64,000 nt of DNA from Burkholderiales bacterium (GCA_046347855.1 JAXMFJ010000011.1:70843-134842), one strand, 5' to 3'. Shown: positions 28,344-37,851, counted from the stretch's first letter. Notes: generated by a model from the sequence alone, not told the origin. Numbers and translations: made by a program.

Positions 28344-28503
28344 CCCCTCACCCCAGCCCTCTCCCCGCGAGCGGGGAGAGGGAGGTCAAATGGGAGCGGT
28401 GACGTGAGCTTGCGGCGCTGATACGTCGCCGCGTCGATCCGTTCGAGCCTCGCATACAGGGCTCCCTCTCCCCGCTCGCGGGGAGAGGGCTGGGGTGAGG
28501 GGC
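28344..28503. repeat. REP family A inverted doublet
   Basis: 28344-28383 forward and 28461-28503 reverse copies; the linker contains GAGCGGTGACGTGAGC as at 13141-13156. Confidence 0.9.
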
Positions 28504-28591
28504 GCGTCACCACCGCCCCGCGCACATCCCACAATCGCCCCCAGCACATGCACTATCATCCAGCACAATCCGCCTGCCCCCGGAGTCGTGC

Positions 28592-28975
28592 ATGAACCTC
28601 GAAAAGGTCATCTTCGGTTTCTTCATCATCTTCGCGTGCACGCTGAACTTCGGCTTCTTCATCGGCGACCTCGACCGCGTCGAGATGCACCATCCGATGG
28701 AGCTCTTCGCCGCCGTCGTCGTCAACCTCATCGCCACGATCCTGAAGTTCGGCGACCGCACGCAGCTCGGCGCGACGCACCTCGCGACCAGCCTCGTCGC
28801 CTCCTTCCAGCTCATCGCCGCCTCGCTCGTGTGGGTCTGGCAGCTCTACGTGTACAACGCGCCCATGAACGGCGACGTCATCTCGGTGATCGTGTCGCTG
28901 TCGGGCGGCGCGCTGCTCGCCAACCTGTTCTCGGTCGTGCTGCTGATCGGCGAGACGCTGCGCCAGGGTCGCTGA
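28592..28975 (+). CDS. DUF6394-like small membrane protein
   Basis: MNLEKVIFGFFII...LNFGFFIGD, A.VVNLIATILKFGDRTQ.GA..LATSLVA..QLIAA, SLSGGALLAN..SV.LL..ET. Confidence 0.75.
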   Translation: MNLEKVIFGFFIIFACTLNFGFFIGDLDRVEMHHPMELFAAVVVNLIATILKFGDRTQLGATHLATSLVASFQLIAASLVWVWQLYVYNAPMNGDVISVIVSLSGGALLANLFSVVLLIGETLRQGR

Positions 28976-29029
28976 CGGTCGCCCGGCCCCGGCGCCGCTG
29001 AATCCCGCCATCCCGCCACCGCGCGCACG

Positions 29030-30730
29030 ATGAGCGACATCCTGTTCCTCATCCTGCGCCGCCTGCGCGCGCCGCTCATCACGCTGATCGCCGTGTACGC
29101 GATCTCGGTGGCGGGCCTGGCCCTCATCCCCGGCATCGACGGCGAGGGCCGGCGTGTGCCGATGAGCATCTTCCACGCGTTCTACGTGATGAGCTACACG
29201 GCCACCACGATCGGCTTCGGCGAGCTGCCGTATCCGTTCACCGACGCGCAGCGCCTGTGGGTGACGTTCGCGATCTACCTGTCGGTCATCGGCTGGGCGT
29301 ACACGCTGGGCTCGGTGGTGGCGCTCGCCAACGACGCGACGTTCCGCGCGATGCTCGCCCGCGGCTTCTTCAACTGGCGCGCACGCGGCATCGGCGAGCC
29401 GTTCTACGTGCTGTGCGGCTACGGCCAGAGCGGCGCACGCCTCGCGCGCGCGCTCGACCGCATGGGCAATCGGCTGGTGATCCTCGAGCCCGCGGCCGAG
29501 CGCGTGGCGCGCATCGCGATCCAGGACTTCGCGTCGCCGCCGCTCACGCTGGCCGCCGACGCGCGACTTGCGGACGTGCTCGAGGACGCGGGCGTGCGCC
29601 GGCCGCACTGCCTCGGGCTCATCGCGCTCGCCGGCGAGGACAGCGTGAACCAGGCGATCGCGATCGGCGCGCGCGTGCTCAATCCGTCGCTGCAGATCGT
29701 GGCGCGCGCGAAGTCGTCGGTGGCCAAGGTCAACCTGGAATCGTTCGGCGGCGTGGTCGTCATCAGCCCGTTCGAGGAATTCGCGGACAAGCTGCGCGTG
29801 GCCGTGCGTGCGCCCGCGCTCGTGCAGGTCGAGGACTGGCTCACCGCCGCGCCGGGAACGCCGTGCCCGCCGTGCGTGCCGCTGCCGCGCGGGCGCTGGG
29901 TGCTGATCGGCTTCGGGCGCTTCGGGCGCGCGATCGCGCGCATGCTCGACGCGGAAGGCATCGAGTGGAAGGCGTTCGACCCGTCGATCGCGTCCGATCC
30001 CGACGCGCGCCTGCTGCACGGCGACTACACCGAGAACATCCTGCAGGACGCGGGCATCGCCACCGCCAGCGTGCTCGTCGCCGGCGCCGACAGCGACGCC
30101 GTGAACCTCGGCGCCACCACGCTCGCCCGGCGCGTGAAGCCGGACATCTTCGTGGTGATCCGGCAGAACCAGGTGCAGGATCGCGCGCTCATCGATGCCG
30201 CGAATGCGAACGTCAAGTTCGTGCAGGAGACGCTCACGGTGAGCGAGTGCATGCAGAGCCTGAAGACGCCGATGCTCGGCCGCTTCATCGCGCAGCTGCG
30301 GGCCGCGGACGGCGCGCCGTGCGGCGAGGCGCTCGCGCGCATCCACGCGGCGGTCGGCGACGCATCGCCGCGCGCGTGGGCGTTCGAGTGCGACGTGCTC
30401 GGGCCGGGGATGTTCTTCGCGTTCTTCCAGCGCGGCGGGCTGCCGTTCACGCTCGGCCACCTGGTGCTCGATCCCACCAATCCGCAGGCGCGGATGGCGT
30501 GCACCCCGCTGATGCTGGAGCGCGACCGCACGCAGAAGCTCCTCCCCGCGGAGGACACGCCGCTGCGGCCGGGCGACCGCGTGCTGTTCGTCGGCGACGA
30601 CAGCGCGCGCCGGCTGCAGCAGCGCTATCTCACCGAGCCGGGAACCGTCGCGTGGGTGTGCTCGGGAACCGAGCCCGCACGGGGCTACGCGTTCCGTTGG
30701 TGGCAGCGCCGCTTCGGTACACGCGCGTAG
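29030..30730 (+). CDS. Two-TM potassium channel with tandem RCK/TrkA-N (NAD-binding) domains
   Basis: AFYVMSYTATTIGFGELP (selectivity filter), VLCGYGQSG and LIGFGRFG Rossmann motifs, C-terminal TrkA-C-like LRPGDRVLF. Confidence 0.88.
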   Translation: MSDILFLILRRLRAPLITLIAVYAISVAGLALIPGIDGEGRRVPMSIFHAFYVMSYTATTIGFGELPYPFTDAQRLWVTFAIYLSVIGWAYTLGSVVALANDATFRAMLARGFFNWRARGIGEPFYVLCGYGQSGARLARALDRMGNRLVILEPAAERVARIAIQDFASPPLTLAADARLADVLEDAGVRRPHCLGLIALAGEDSVNQAIAIGARVLNPSLQIVARAKSSVAKVNLESFGGVVVISPFEEFADKLRVAVRAPALVQVEDWLTAAPGTPCPPCVPLPRGRWVLIGFGRFGRAIARMLDAEGIEWKAFDPSIASDPDARLLHGDYTENILQDAGIATASVLVAGADSDAVNLGATTLARRVKPDIFVVIRQNQVQDRALIDAANANVKFVQETLTVSECMQSLKTPMLGRFIAQLRAADGAPCGEALARIHAAVGDASPRAWAFECDVLGPGMFFAFFQRGGLPFTLGHLVLDPTNPQARMACTPLMLERDRTQKLLPAEDTPLRPGDRVLFVGDDSARRLQQRYLTEPGTVAWVCSGTEPARGYAFRWWQRRFGTRA

Positions 30731-30976
30731 CGCCGAGCCGGCCGCGATGCGCGTGGCGCGGCTCCTGCGCGTGACCGGTGCTGCGGGCGCGCGGCAGGCA
30801 CTTCGGACGCTCGCACGCGCTGCGCGCGAGGCTCAAACGCAGCCGCCGTCCCCGCCGCGAGGCGGGGCGCGCCTGGACCCGGTACTGCATGGCGAAGCAC
30901 TCCCCTCACACATGCGCCCCCGGCATGGCGCGCACGCGGGCCGCTGCGGGCCCGCATCGATGGTCTTGCAGCGTTG

Positions 30977-31459
30977 CTACTTCGCGGACAGCGTCGCGTT
31001 CTCGACCAGCACCGGGTACTTGTAGCCGGACCCGAGGTCCACGTCCGTCTTGACCGTGCCCTTCACGAGCACGACGTCGCCGACCTTGGTCTCGCCCTGC
31101 GTGGTGACGACGACGTCGTTGCTGCCGTCCTTCGCGTTGCCGGTGCCGTCCTGCAGGTGCACCCAGTTCTTGCCCATCACGCCGGGCGTGAACTTCACGA
31201 CCTTGCCGCGCACCGTGACGCTCTTGTCCTTCAGGCCCGCGCGCCCGCCGACGATCTCGGCGACCGTCTTGGCATCGGCACCGGTCGCCTTGGCGACCTT
31301 CACGTCACCGACGTCGACCTGCTTGGCGAAGCCCGAATGCATCGCGCCGAGATCGCCGCTGGCCTTGGGCGCGGCGGCCGGTGCGGCCGGCGTCTGCGCG
31401 ACGGCGACGCCGCAGGCGGCGACGAGGGCAGCGAGTAAGAGGGATGTCTTGCGCATCAT
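30977..31459 (-). CDS. Exported OB-fold protein
   Basis: Signal peptide MMRKTSLLLAALVAACGVAVAQ; VTVRGKVVKF..GVMGKNWVHLQDGTG, GDVVLVKGTVKTDVDLGSGY.YPVLVE. Confidence 0.75.
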   Translation of the reverse strand: MMRKTSLLLAALVAACGVAVAQTPAAPAAAPKASGDLGAMHSGFAKQVDVGDVKVAKATGADAKTVAEIVGGRAGLKDKSVTVRGKVVKFTPGVMGKNWVHLQDGTGNAKDGSNDVVVTTQGETKVGDVVLVKGTVKTDVDLGSGYKYPVLVENATLSAK

Positions 31460-31699
31460 TTCACCTTGGCAATGCGGCCGCGCGACATGGCGGCCGACCG
31501 GATTTGCGAAGGCCCTACTGTTTCACGGGCCGTAACACGCGGCTTTGATCTGGATCGCATGGGGTGTGTTTTGCGGCGGGCGGGCGTTGCATGCCTGCAT
31601 CCCGCACGCGCGGGCCGGACGCGGGTTGCGCGTGGCGAAAGCGCAAATGTACTATGCCCGCGGCGGACGAGGGTTCGCTCCCCGCGTCGATGGCATCCG

Positions 31700-33022
31700 A
31701 TGGTCCCGCGCCTCTCCCTGCTCGTCCTGCTCTTCACTGCCACGCTCGCCGGCGCGCAATGCCCGCCCGTGGTGCCCGTCGCCAACGGCGCGCTGCCGCT
31801 GCCGCTCTTCCCCCCGACGAATCCGTGGAACGTCGACATCTCGGGCGCGCCGGTCGATCCGGCATCGGCGAGCTACATCGCGTTCATCAACAACGGGGGC
31901 ACGCGGCGGCTGCATCCGGATTTCGGCGGCGAGGTGACGCCCGGCAGCGTCGGCATTTACGGCATGCCGTACGCGATCGTCGACGGCAGCCAGCCAAAGC
32001 TCGCGGTCACGTTCCAGTACGCGAGCGAGAGCGACGGTGTCGATGCGGCCGGACGCGGCGTGCCGTTCTACCCGATTCCCATGCAGGCGGCCACGCAGGC
32101 GCACTGGGTCGAGGGCGGGGCGCCCGGCAACGTCGACCAGCGCAATGCAGGCGACCGCCACCTGCTCGTCGTCGACTGCACGAACCGCCGGCTCTACGAG
32201 CTCTACAACGCCTGGTACGACACCGCGAACGCGCGCTGGCACGCGGGCTCCGGCGCGGCGTTCGACCTCACGTCGGATGCGCGCCGGCCCGACGGCTGGA
32301 CGTCGGCCGATGCGGCGGGACTCGCGATCCTGCCCGGCCTCGTGCGCTACGACGAGGCGTGGAACGCGGGCGGCGCCGAGATCGGCCACGCGTTCCGCGT
32401 CACGGTGCGCGCGACCAACGGCTACGTGTATCCGGCGTCGCACCGCGCGGGATCCACTGCGGGCGCGCTGCCGATGGGCGCGCGCCTGCGGCTGCGCGCG
32501 TTCGTCGGCGGCCAGGACCCGGCGCTGCGCACGAGCGATCCCAACGTGCGCCGCATCTTCCGCGCGATGCAGAAGCACGGATTGATCGTCGCCGACAACG
32601 GCAGCGACCTGTACGTCACGGGCACGTTCGACACGCGCTGGAACAACGACGTCCTGAATCCCGCCTTCGCGCTGCTGTCGGCGAGCGATTTCGAGGTGGT
32701 GCAGCTCGGCTGGAAGCCCGCGGTGGCCGCGGCCGCGCTCGCGTCGCTCACCGCGCTGCCCGCGCGCGTGCAGGGCGGCGTCGCGTTCTTCGCGGTGGTC
32801 GCGCTCGCGGCGCCGGCGCCGGCCGGCGGCGTGACAGTGGCGCTCGCGAGCTCCGATCCCGCGCTGGTCGCGGCACCGGCGACGGTCACGGTGCCGGCGG
32901 GCGCCACGTCGGCGAAGGTGATGATCGCGACGCATCCGGCGCGCAGCGACCGCACCGTGACGCTGACCGCGACGCTCGCCGGCGCCGCGCGCACCGCCGC
33001 CGTCGCCGTGACGCTGCGCTGA
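31700..33022 (+). CDS. Secreted protein of unknown function with C-terminal Ig-like module
   Basis: Signal peptide MVPRLSLLVLLFTATLAGA; NPWNVDIS.APVDP.S, LHPDFG, GDRHLLVVD, GWTSADAAGL.ILPGLVRYDE, ADNGSD; tail LAAPAPAGGVTVALASS..TVTVPAGATSA. Confidence 0.75.
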   Translation: MVPRLSLLVLLFTATLAGAQCPPVVPVANGALPLPLFPPTNPWNVDISGAPVDPASASYIAFINNGGTRRLHPDFGGEVTPGSVGIYGMPYAIVDGSQPKLAVTFQYASESDGVDAAGRGVPFYPIPMQAATQAHWVEGGAPGNVDQRNAGDRHLLVVDCTNRRLYELYNAWYDTANARWHAGSGAAFDLTSDARRPDGWTSADAAGLAILPGLVRYDEAWNAGGAEIGHAFRVTVRATNGYVYPASHRAGSTAGALPMGARLRLRAFVGGQDPALRTSDPNVRRIFRAMQKHGLIVADNGSDLYVTGTFDTRWNNDVLNPAFALLSASDFEVVQLGWKPAVAAAALASLTALPARVQGGVAFFAVVALAAPAPAGGVTVALASSDPALVAAPATVTVPAGATSAKVMIATHPARSDRTVTLTATLAGAARTAAVAVTLR

Positions 33023-33032
33023 CGCCACGCCG

Positions 33033-33986
33033 ATGCTCGACATCCTCGCCGTCACGTTCCCGTTCTTCGCGCTGGTGCTGTGCGGGTACGTCGCGACGCG
33101 CTGGGCGTTCCTGCCGCAGGTCGCGATCCCGGGCCTCAACACGTTCGTCCTCTACTTCGCCCTGCCGTGCATGCTCTATCGCTTCGGCGCGACGACGCCG
33201 GTGCTGCGCCTGCTGTCGGTCGGCGTCGTCGGCGTGTACGTCGTGTGCGCGCTCGCGATGGTGCTGATCACGTTCTTCGTCACGCGCTCCCACCGCGTCG
33301 ACGCCAACGACGCCGCGTTCGGCGCGCTGGTGGCGGCGTTTCCGAACACCGGCTACATGGGCGTGCCGCTGCTGGTGGCGCTGCTGGGGGACGCGGCCGC
33401 CGGCCCCGCGATCGTCACCATCCTCGTCGACATCCTGTTCACGAGCTCGCTGTGCATCGCGCTCTCGCGGCTCGCGCTCGCCGGCACGCACGGGGCCGCG
33501 GCGGCGGTGCGCAACGCGCTGCTCGGCGTGGTGACGAACCCGATGCCGTGGGCGATCGTGCTCGGCGTCGCCTCGTTTGCAGCCGGGTTCGTGCTGCCGA
33601 AGCCCGTGATGCAGACGGTGGCCCTGCTCGGCGACGCGGCGTCGCCGGTCGCGCTCTTCACCATCGGCGCGGTGCTCGCGCGCTCGCAGATGGTCACGAG
33701 CGACCGCACGCCGCTGGTCGACTACGTGCCGGTCGCGCTCAAGAAGCTCGTGCTGCATCCGCTGCTCGTGCTCGGCGTGGGGCACGCGGCGCTCGCGCTC
33801 GGCGCGCCCATCGACCGCTTCGCGCTCACGGTGATGGTGCTGGTGGCGGCGCTGCCGAGCGCGTCGAACGTCGCGATGCTCGCCGAGCGCTACGAGGCGG
33901 ACGCCGGGCGCATCGCGCGCATCATCCTGGTGTCGACGGCGCTCGCGTTCCTCACGTTCTCGGGCGCGGTCGCGTTGATGCGCTGA
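33033..33986 (+). CDS. AEC (auxin efflux carrier/malate permease) family transporter
   Basis: FVLYFALPCMLY, FPNTGYMGVPL, NPMPWAI, ASPVALFTIG, AALPSASNV; about 10 TM. Confidence 0.9.
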   Translation: MLDILAVTFPFFALVLCGYVATRWAFLPQVAIPGLNTFVLYFALPCMLYRFGATTPVLRLLSVGVVGVYVVCALAMVLITFFVTRSHRVDANDAAFGALVAAFPNTGYMGVPLLVALLGDAAAGPAIVTILVDILFTSSLCIALSRLALAGTHGAAAAVRNALLGVVTNPMPWAIVLGVASFAAGFVLPKPVMQTVALLGDAASPVALFTIGAVLARSQMVTSDRTPLVDYVPVALKKLVLHPLLVLGVGHAALALGAPIDRFALTVMVLVAALPSASNVAMLAERYEADAGRIARIILVSTALAFLTFSGAVALMR

Positions 33987-34050
33987 GCGCGCGCCGCCGG
34001 TTATAGTGGCGGCGCACGCGGCGCCGTTGCCGCCGACCGGAAAGCGATTC

Positions 34051-34659
34051 ATGACCACGCGCGGATTCACCGGCCGCCGGCCGGCGAGCGCGGCCGCCTC
34101 GCGGCTGCCGCCCGGGCAGTACGAGACCCACGACTTCCCCGTGCTTTCGATGGGGCCCACACCCGACGTCGACCTCGCGACGTGGCGCTTCACGATCCAC
34201 CACGGGCCGCGCCCGCTCGCGTCGTTCACGTGGGACGAGCTCCTCGCGCTGCCGCACACGCGGTGGCGCGGCGACATCCACTGCGTGACCAAGTGGTCGA
34301 AGTTCGACACGCAGTGGGAAGGCGTGACGATCGACGACCTCTTCGTTGCCGCAGGGGTTGTACCGCCGACGCCGTGGCTCCTCGCGCGCGCGTACGACGG
34401 CTACGACACCAACGTGCCCGTGGCCGATCTCGTGGGCGGCAAGGCGATGATCGCCACTGCGTACGACGGCGCGCCGCTCGCGCCGGACCACGGCGGGCCG
34501 GCGCGCCTGCTGGTGCCGCATCTGTATTTCTGGAAGAGCGCCAAGTGGCTGTCGGGGCTGCGCTTCACCGCGCGCGACGAGGCCGGCTTCTGGGAGCTGC
34601 GCGGGTATCACATGTACGGCGATCCCTGGCGCGAGCAGCGCTACACGAACGATCCATGA
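34051..34659 (+). CDS. Cytoplasmic sulfite-oxidase-like molybdopterin oxidoreductase
   Basis: LPPGQY...FPVL..GPTP, DIHCVTKWSK (Mo-ligand Cys), HGGPARL.VPHLYFWKSAKW, GFWE..GYH.YGDPWREQRY; no Tat signal. Confidence 0.88.
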   Translation: MTTRGFTGRRPASAAASRLPPGQYETHDFPVLSMGPTPDVDLATWRFTIHHGPRPLASFTWDELLALPHTRWRGDIHCVTKWSKFDTQWEGVTIDDLFVAAGVVPPTPWLLARAYDGYDTNVPVADLVGGKAMIATAYDGAPLAPDHGGPARLLVPHLYFWKSAKWLSGLRFTARDEAGFWELRGYHMYGDPWREQRYTNDP

Positions 34660-35402
34660 CCGCGCCCGGCGGCCTGCCCGCCGCGTCGGCGTGGCAGGTG
34701 GCGACGATCGTGCGCATCGCGCCGCAGTCCGCGCGCGTGAAAAGCTACTTCCTCGCGGCGGCGCTGCCGGTGCACGTCGCCGGCCAGCACGTCGACGTGC
34801 GCCTCACCGCGCCCGACGGCTACCAGGCGCAGCGCAGCTACTCGATCGCGAGCCCGCCCGGCGCGCCGGAGCTCGAGCTCGTCGTCGAGCGCCTCGACGA
34901 CGGCGAGGTGTCGCCGTACTTCCACGAGGTCGCGCAGGCGGGCGACGCGATCGAGGTGCGCGGTCCCACCGGCGGCCACTTCATCTGGCGGCCGGAGGAG
35001 GGAGGTCCGCTGCTGCTCGTCGGCGGCGGCTCCGGGGTGGTGCCGCTGATGGCGATGCTGCGCGAGCGGGCGTTGCGTGCGCCGCAGGTGCCGGCGTTGC
35101 TCGTGTATTCGGCGCGCACGTTCGAGGAGGTGCTGTTCCGCGATGAGTTGCTGCGGATGGATGCGCACGATGCGGGGTTCAGGCTCGCGCTTGTCACCAC
35201 GCGTGCGCCCGCGGGGCGTGCCGGCGATCGTGAGCGGCGGCTCGATCGTGGGGCGCTGGCGGAGATCCTTGCGGCGTGGGGGCACGCGCCGGTGTGTGCT
35301 TATGTTTGCGGCAGCAATGCGTTCGTGGGGGCGATGGCGGAGGGGTTGGTGGCGATTGGCGTCGAGGCGCGCAAGGTGCGGACGGAGCGGTACGGCGGGT
35401 AG
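34656..35402 (+). CDS. Ferredoxin-NADP reductase-like flavoprotein
   Basis: AGQHVDVRLTAPDGYQAQRSYSIAS, EVSPYF, VGGGSGVVPLMAM, YVCGS, RTERYG; ATGA overlap. Confidence 0.9.
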   Translation: MTAPGGLPAASAWQVATIVRIAPQSARVKSYFLAAALPVHVAGQHVDVRLTAPDGYQAQRSYSIASPPGAPELELVVERLDDGEVSPYFHEVAQAGDAIEVRGPTGGHFIWRPEEGGPLLLVGGGSGVVPLMAMLRERALRAPQVPALLVYSARTFEEVLFRDELLRMDAHDAGFRLALVTTRAPAGRAGDRERRLDRGALAEILAAWGHAPVCAYVCGSNAFVGAMAEGLVAIGVEARKVRTERYGG

Positions 35403-35422
35403 CGTTCTTCGGTCACGGGCTG

Positions 35423-35515
35423 CCCCTCACCCCAACCCTCTCCCCGCGAGCGGGGAGAGGGAGCGTCTGGGGCGCTACGCGGTCACGGCCTCCACGCAAG
35501 CGGGGCGAGGGAGCC
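35423..35515. repeat. REP family A (one full and one degenerate copy) between convergent genes
   Basis: CCCCTCACCCCAACCCTCTCCCCGCGAGCGGGGAGAGGGAG at 35423-35463; GGGGCGCTAC linker; CAAGCGGGGCGAGGGAGCC near 35497-35515. Confidence 0.85.
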
Positions 35516-35529
35516 TTTGAGTTGTGCGA

Positions 35530-37851
35530 TTACGATTCGCGCGCGTTCAACAGCCTTTCCATCGCCCGCTCGAACACCGGCACCGCTTCCACTGCCACCT
35601 TCGCCTTGCCTTCACGCAGCGCGCTCGCGAGCGAAGCCGGCGTGTGGATCAGCGCGATCGAGCCGTCGCGGTGCGTGAACAATAGCTGCGAGCCGTGCGG
35701 CGAGCGCCACGCGTACTTCGCGAGCAGCGTGCCGCCGTCCTCGTCGGTGAACGCGACCCAGTCGCCGCGCAGCAGCGACTCGACCGTGTCGGCGGCTTCG
35801 TCGCGCTCCGGCATCAGCGGCGCGTCGGGAATCGGCACGCGCAGGCGCGACGGCGTGCCTTCCGCGTCCTCCTCGGGCGGCGGCAGGTCGACGGTGGCCT
35901 GCAGCGCCTCGACGTGCAGCGTGTAGAGCTTCGCGAGGAACACCTTGCGGCGCGCGCGATTCGCGTCGTCCAGCGGCCACCACTCGCCGACCGTGCGCAC
36001 GAGCCGCGGGATGAGCGGCAGCAGCCGCTTGCGGGCCGCGGGCCCGCGCTCGGGCGCGATGCTCCACAAAAGCTCGTCGACGAGCTCGAGCGTCTGTCGC
36101 GCGCCGGCACCGTCGGGTCCCTCGTTGAGGAACGAGAGCGTGACGCGGTCGACCGCCTCGTGGTCGAGGAAGTCGCGCACCTCGGGCGGCACGCTGCGCG
36201 TGCCGATGCGCACCGCCACCGCGGTGCGCGCGCGGGCGCGCGCCTCGGCCTCGGCGTCGAGCGCCAGCAGCGACGGCAGCGCCTGCGCGAGCTTCTGGTT
36301 GTACGCCGCCCGCTCGGCATCGAGGAACTGGCCGAGCTCGTCCAGCGCACGCGCGAACGGCGACGGGTCGTCGGGCGCGTCGCGCACCTCGGTCGCGAGA
36401 TGCCCCGCGAGCTCGATGAACAGCGCGTCGTGCGGCACCTCCGGGCGCACGCCCAGCGCCGCCGCGGCCAGCGTGTCGAAGAAGCGCCGCGCCGGATGCC
36501 GCGGATCGGACAGCACCTCGCGATCCTGCAGCGCCGCCTTGAGGATCGGGATCTGCAGGCGGCCGAACACGATCTTCACTGCCGACGGCAGGTACGGATT
36601 CTCGAACACCTCGTCGAGCGCGGTGGAGACGACGTCGACGACGGGCCGCGGCAGCGGCGCATCGCCGCGCGCAGCCACGGCGGCATCGATGATCGGCAGC
36701 ACGTTGCGCTCGCCTTCGGCGAGGACGGCAGGATCGAACGCGGGCAGCGCGCCGGCCGCGGGCGTCGTCGCGGGCGCGCCCGACGTCTCCTGCAGCAGCG
36801 CGAGCGCGCGCTCGAGCACCTGCCACGCGGGGTTGACCGCCACGGCCGGCCGCGAAGGCGGCGGCGACGCCACGTGCCAGCCGCCGGCATTGCCGAAGTC
36901 GAGCGCGTCGCCGCCGTGCGGCTGCGGCGGCGAGGCCCACGCCTGCGGCGGCGCATACGGCGGCGGCGGCGGCGGAGAAGCCACGCCGGCGGGCGCGGGC
37001 GGCGGGGCCGCCGCGCCGCCATAGGTCTGCGCGAGGCGGCTGAAGAGGTCGCCCGGCTCAGCGGCACTCTCGGTGTGCGCGCCGCGCTTGCGCGTGCGTA
37101 CCTTCAGCACCGGCAGCACCTCGCGGTCCTGCAAAAGCTGGTCCATCTCCTGCTGCACGGCGAGGAGCTCGGGCGTGAGCGCGCGGACGAGATGCTCCAT
37201 GATCGGCCGCCACACGCCGTCCGCGTTCCACAGGCCGCGGCACGTCGTGCCGAGCGCGTCGCAGAGGAGCGTCGCGCCCCACGGGTTGTCGTATTCGCCG
37301 CTCGTCGCCTCCTCGCGCATGATCATCCGCGTGCGCAGGTCGAAGCCGAAGCCGGACTCGCGCGCGGCGGCCTTCATCGCCTGCACCGCGTTCTTGAGCG
37401 AGACCTGCCCCGAGTGATCGCTCTCGCCTACCAGCGCGAGCGTCGTCATGTCGGTGCCGCGCGCGTCGCGCTTGCGGGGCACGCGGTCGCGGCGGTCCTG
37501 GAACAGGCGATCGAACTCGGCGCGAAAGCGCGGCCCGACCTTGTTGTGGTCGCGGCGGACGATGCGCGCGATCTTGGCGCTGACGGGCTCCTCGTCGGCC
37601 GCGCGCGCGGTGGTCATGGCGTCGGCGCCAGGCACCGGCGACTCGAGCTCCAGCAGCGCGCGCCACAACGCGTTGTCGTAGCGCTTGAGCGCGAGCGCCA
37701 GGCATTCGCGCACGAGGCCCGCGGCCTCGCTCGGGCCGATGTCGCGCGCGCCCTCGACGTCGACGACGAGCCGCTGCGTCGTCGCGGGGCGTGACGAGGC
37801 CACGCTCACGGTGCGCGCCTCGCGCGGATCGGGTTCGTCGGCCGTGGCCAT
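35530..37851 (-). CDS. DUF1631-like large cytoplasmic protein with Pro-rich linker
   Basis: VDVVS..LD.VF..P.LP..VK...GRLQIP.LK.AL.D......HPARR..D.LA; C-terminal L.RGDWV.F...KYAW.SP..SQ.LFT. Start reassigned to ATG 37851. Confidence 0.7.
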   Translation of the reverse strand: MATADEPDPREARTVSVASSRPATTQRLVVDVEGARDIGPSEAAGLVRECLALALKRYDNALWRALLELESPVPGADAMTTARAADEEPVSAKIARIVRRDHNKVGPRFRAEFDRLFQDRRDRVPRKRDARGTDMTTLALVGESDHSGQVSLKNAVQAMKAAARESGFGFDLRTRMIMREEATSGEYDNPWGATLLCDALGTTCRGLWNADGVWRPIMEHLVRALTPELLAVQQEMDQLLQDREVLPVLKVRTRKRGAHTESAAEPGDLFSRLAQTYGGAAAPPPAPAGVASPPPPPPYAPPQAWASPPQPHGGDALDFGNAGGWHVASPPPSRPAVAVNPAWQVLERALALLQETSGAPATTPAAGALPAFDPAVLAEGERNVLPIIDAAVAARGDAPLPRPVVDVVSTALDEVFENPYLPSAVKIVFGRLQIPILKAALQDREVLSDPRHPARRFFDTLAAAALGVRPEVPHDALFIELAGHLATEVRDAPDDPSPFARALDELGQFLDAERAAYNQKLAQALPSLLALDAEAEARARARTAVAVRIGTRSVPPEVRDFLDHEAVDRVTLSFLNEGPDGAGARQTLELVDELLWSIAPERGPAARKRLLPLIPRLVRTVGEWWPLDDANRARRKVFLAKLYTLHVEALQATVDLPPPEEDAEGTPSRLRVPIPDAPLMPERDEAADTVESLLRGDWVAFTDEDGGTLLAKYAWRSPHGSQLLFTHRDGSIALIHTPASLASALREGKAKVAVEAVPVFERAMERLLNARES

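Noticed and set aside
30731-30976. 245-bp gap between convergent genes with several short ORFs, one with a GAGGGGAG before ATG 30890
   Set aside because: The ORFs overlap flanking genes, lack the local codon bias and show no motif; I could not support an RNA structure either.
36950-37020. (GGC)n run resembling a microsatellite
   Set aside because: It encodes the poly-Pro linker of the DUF1631-like protein on the minus strand; in frame and short.
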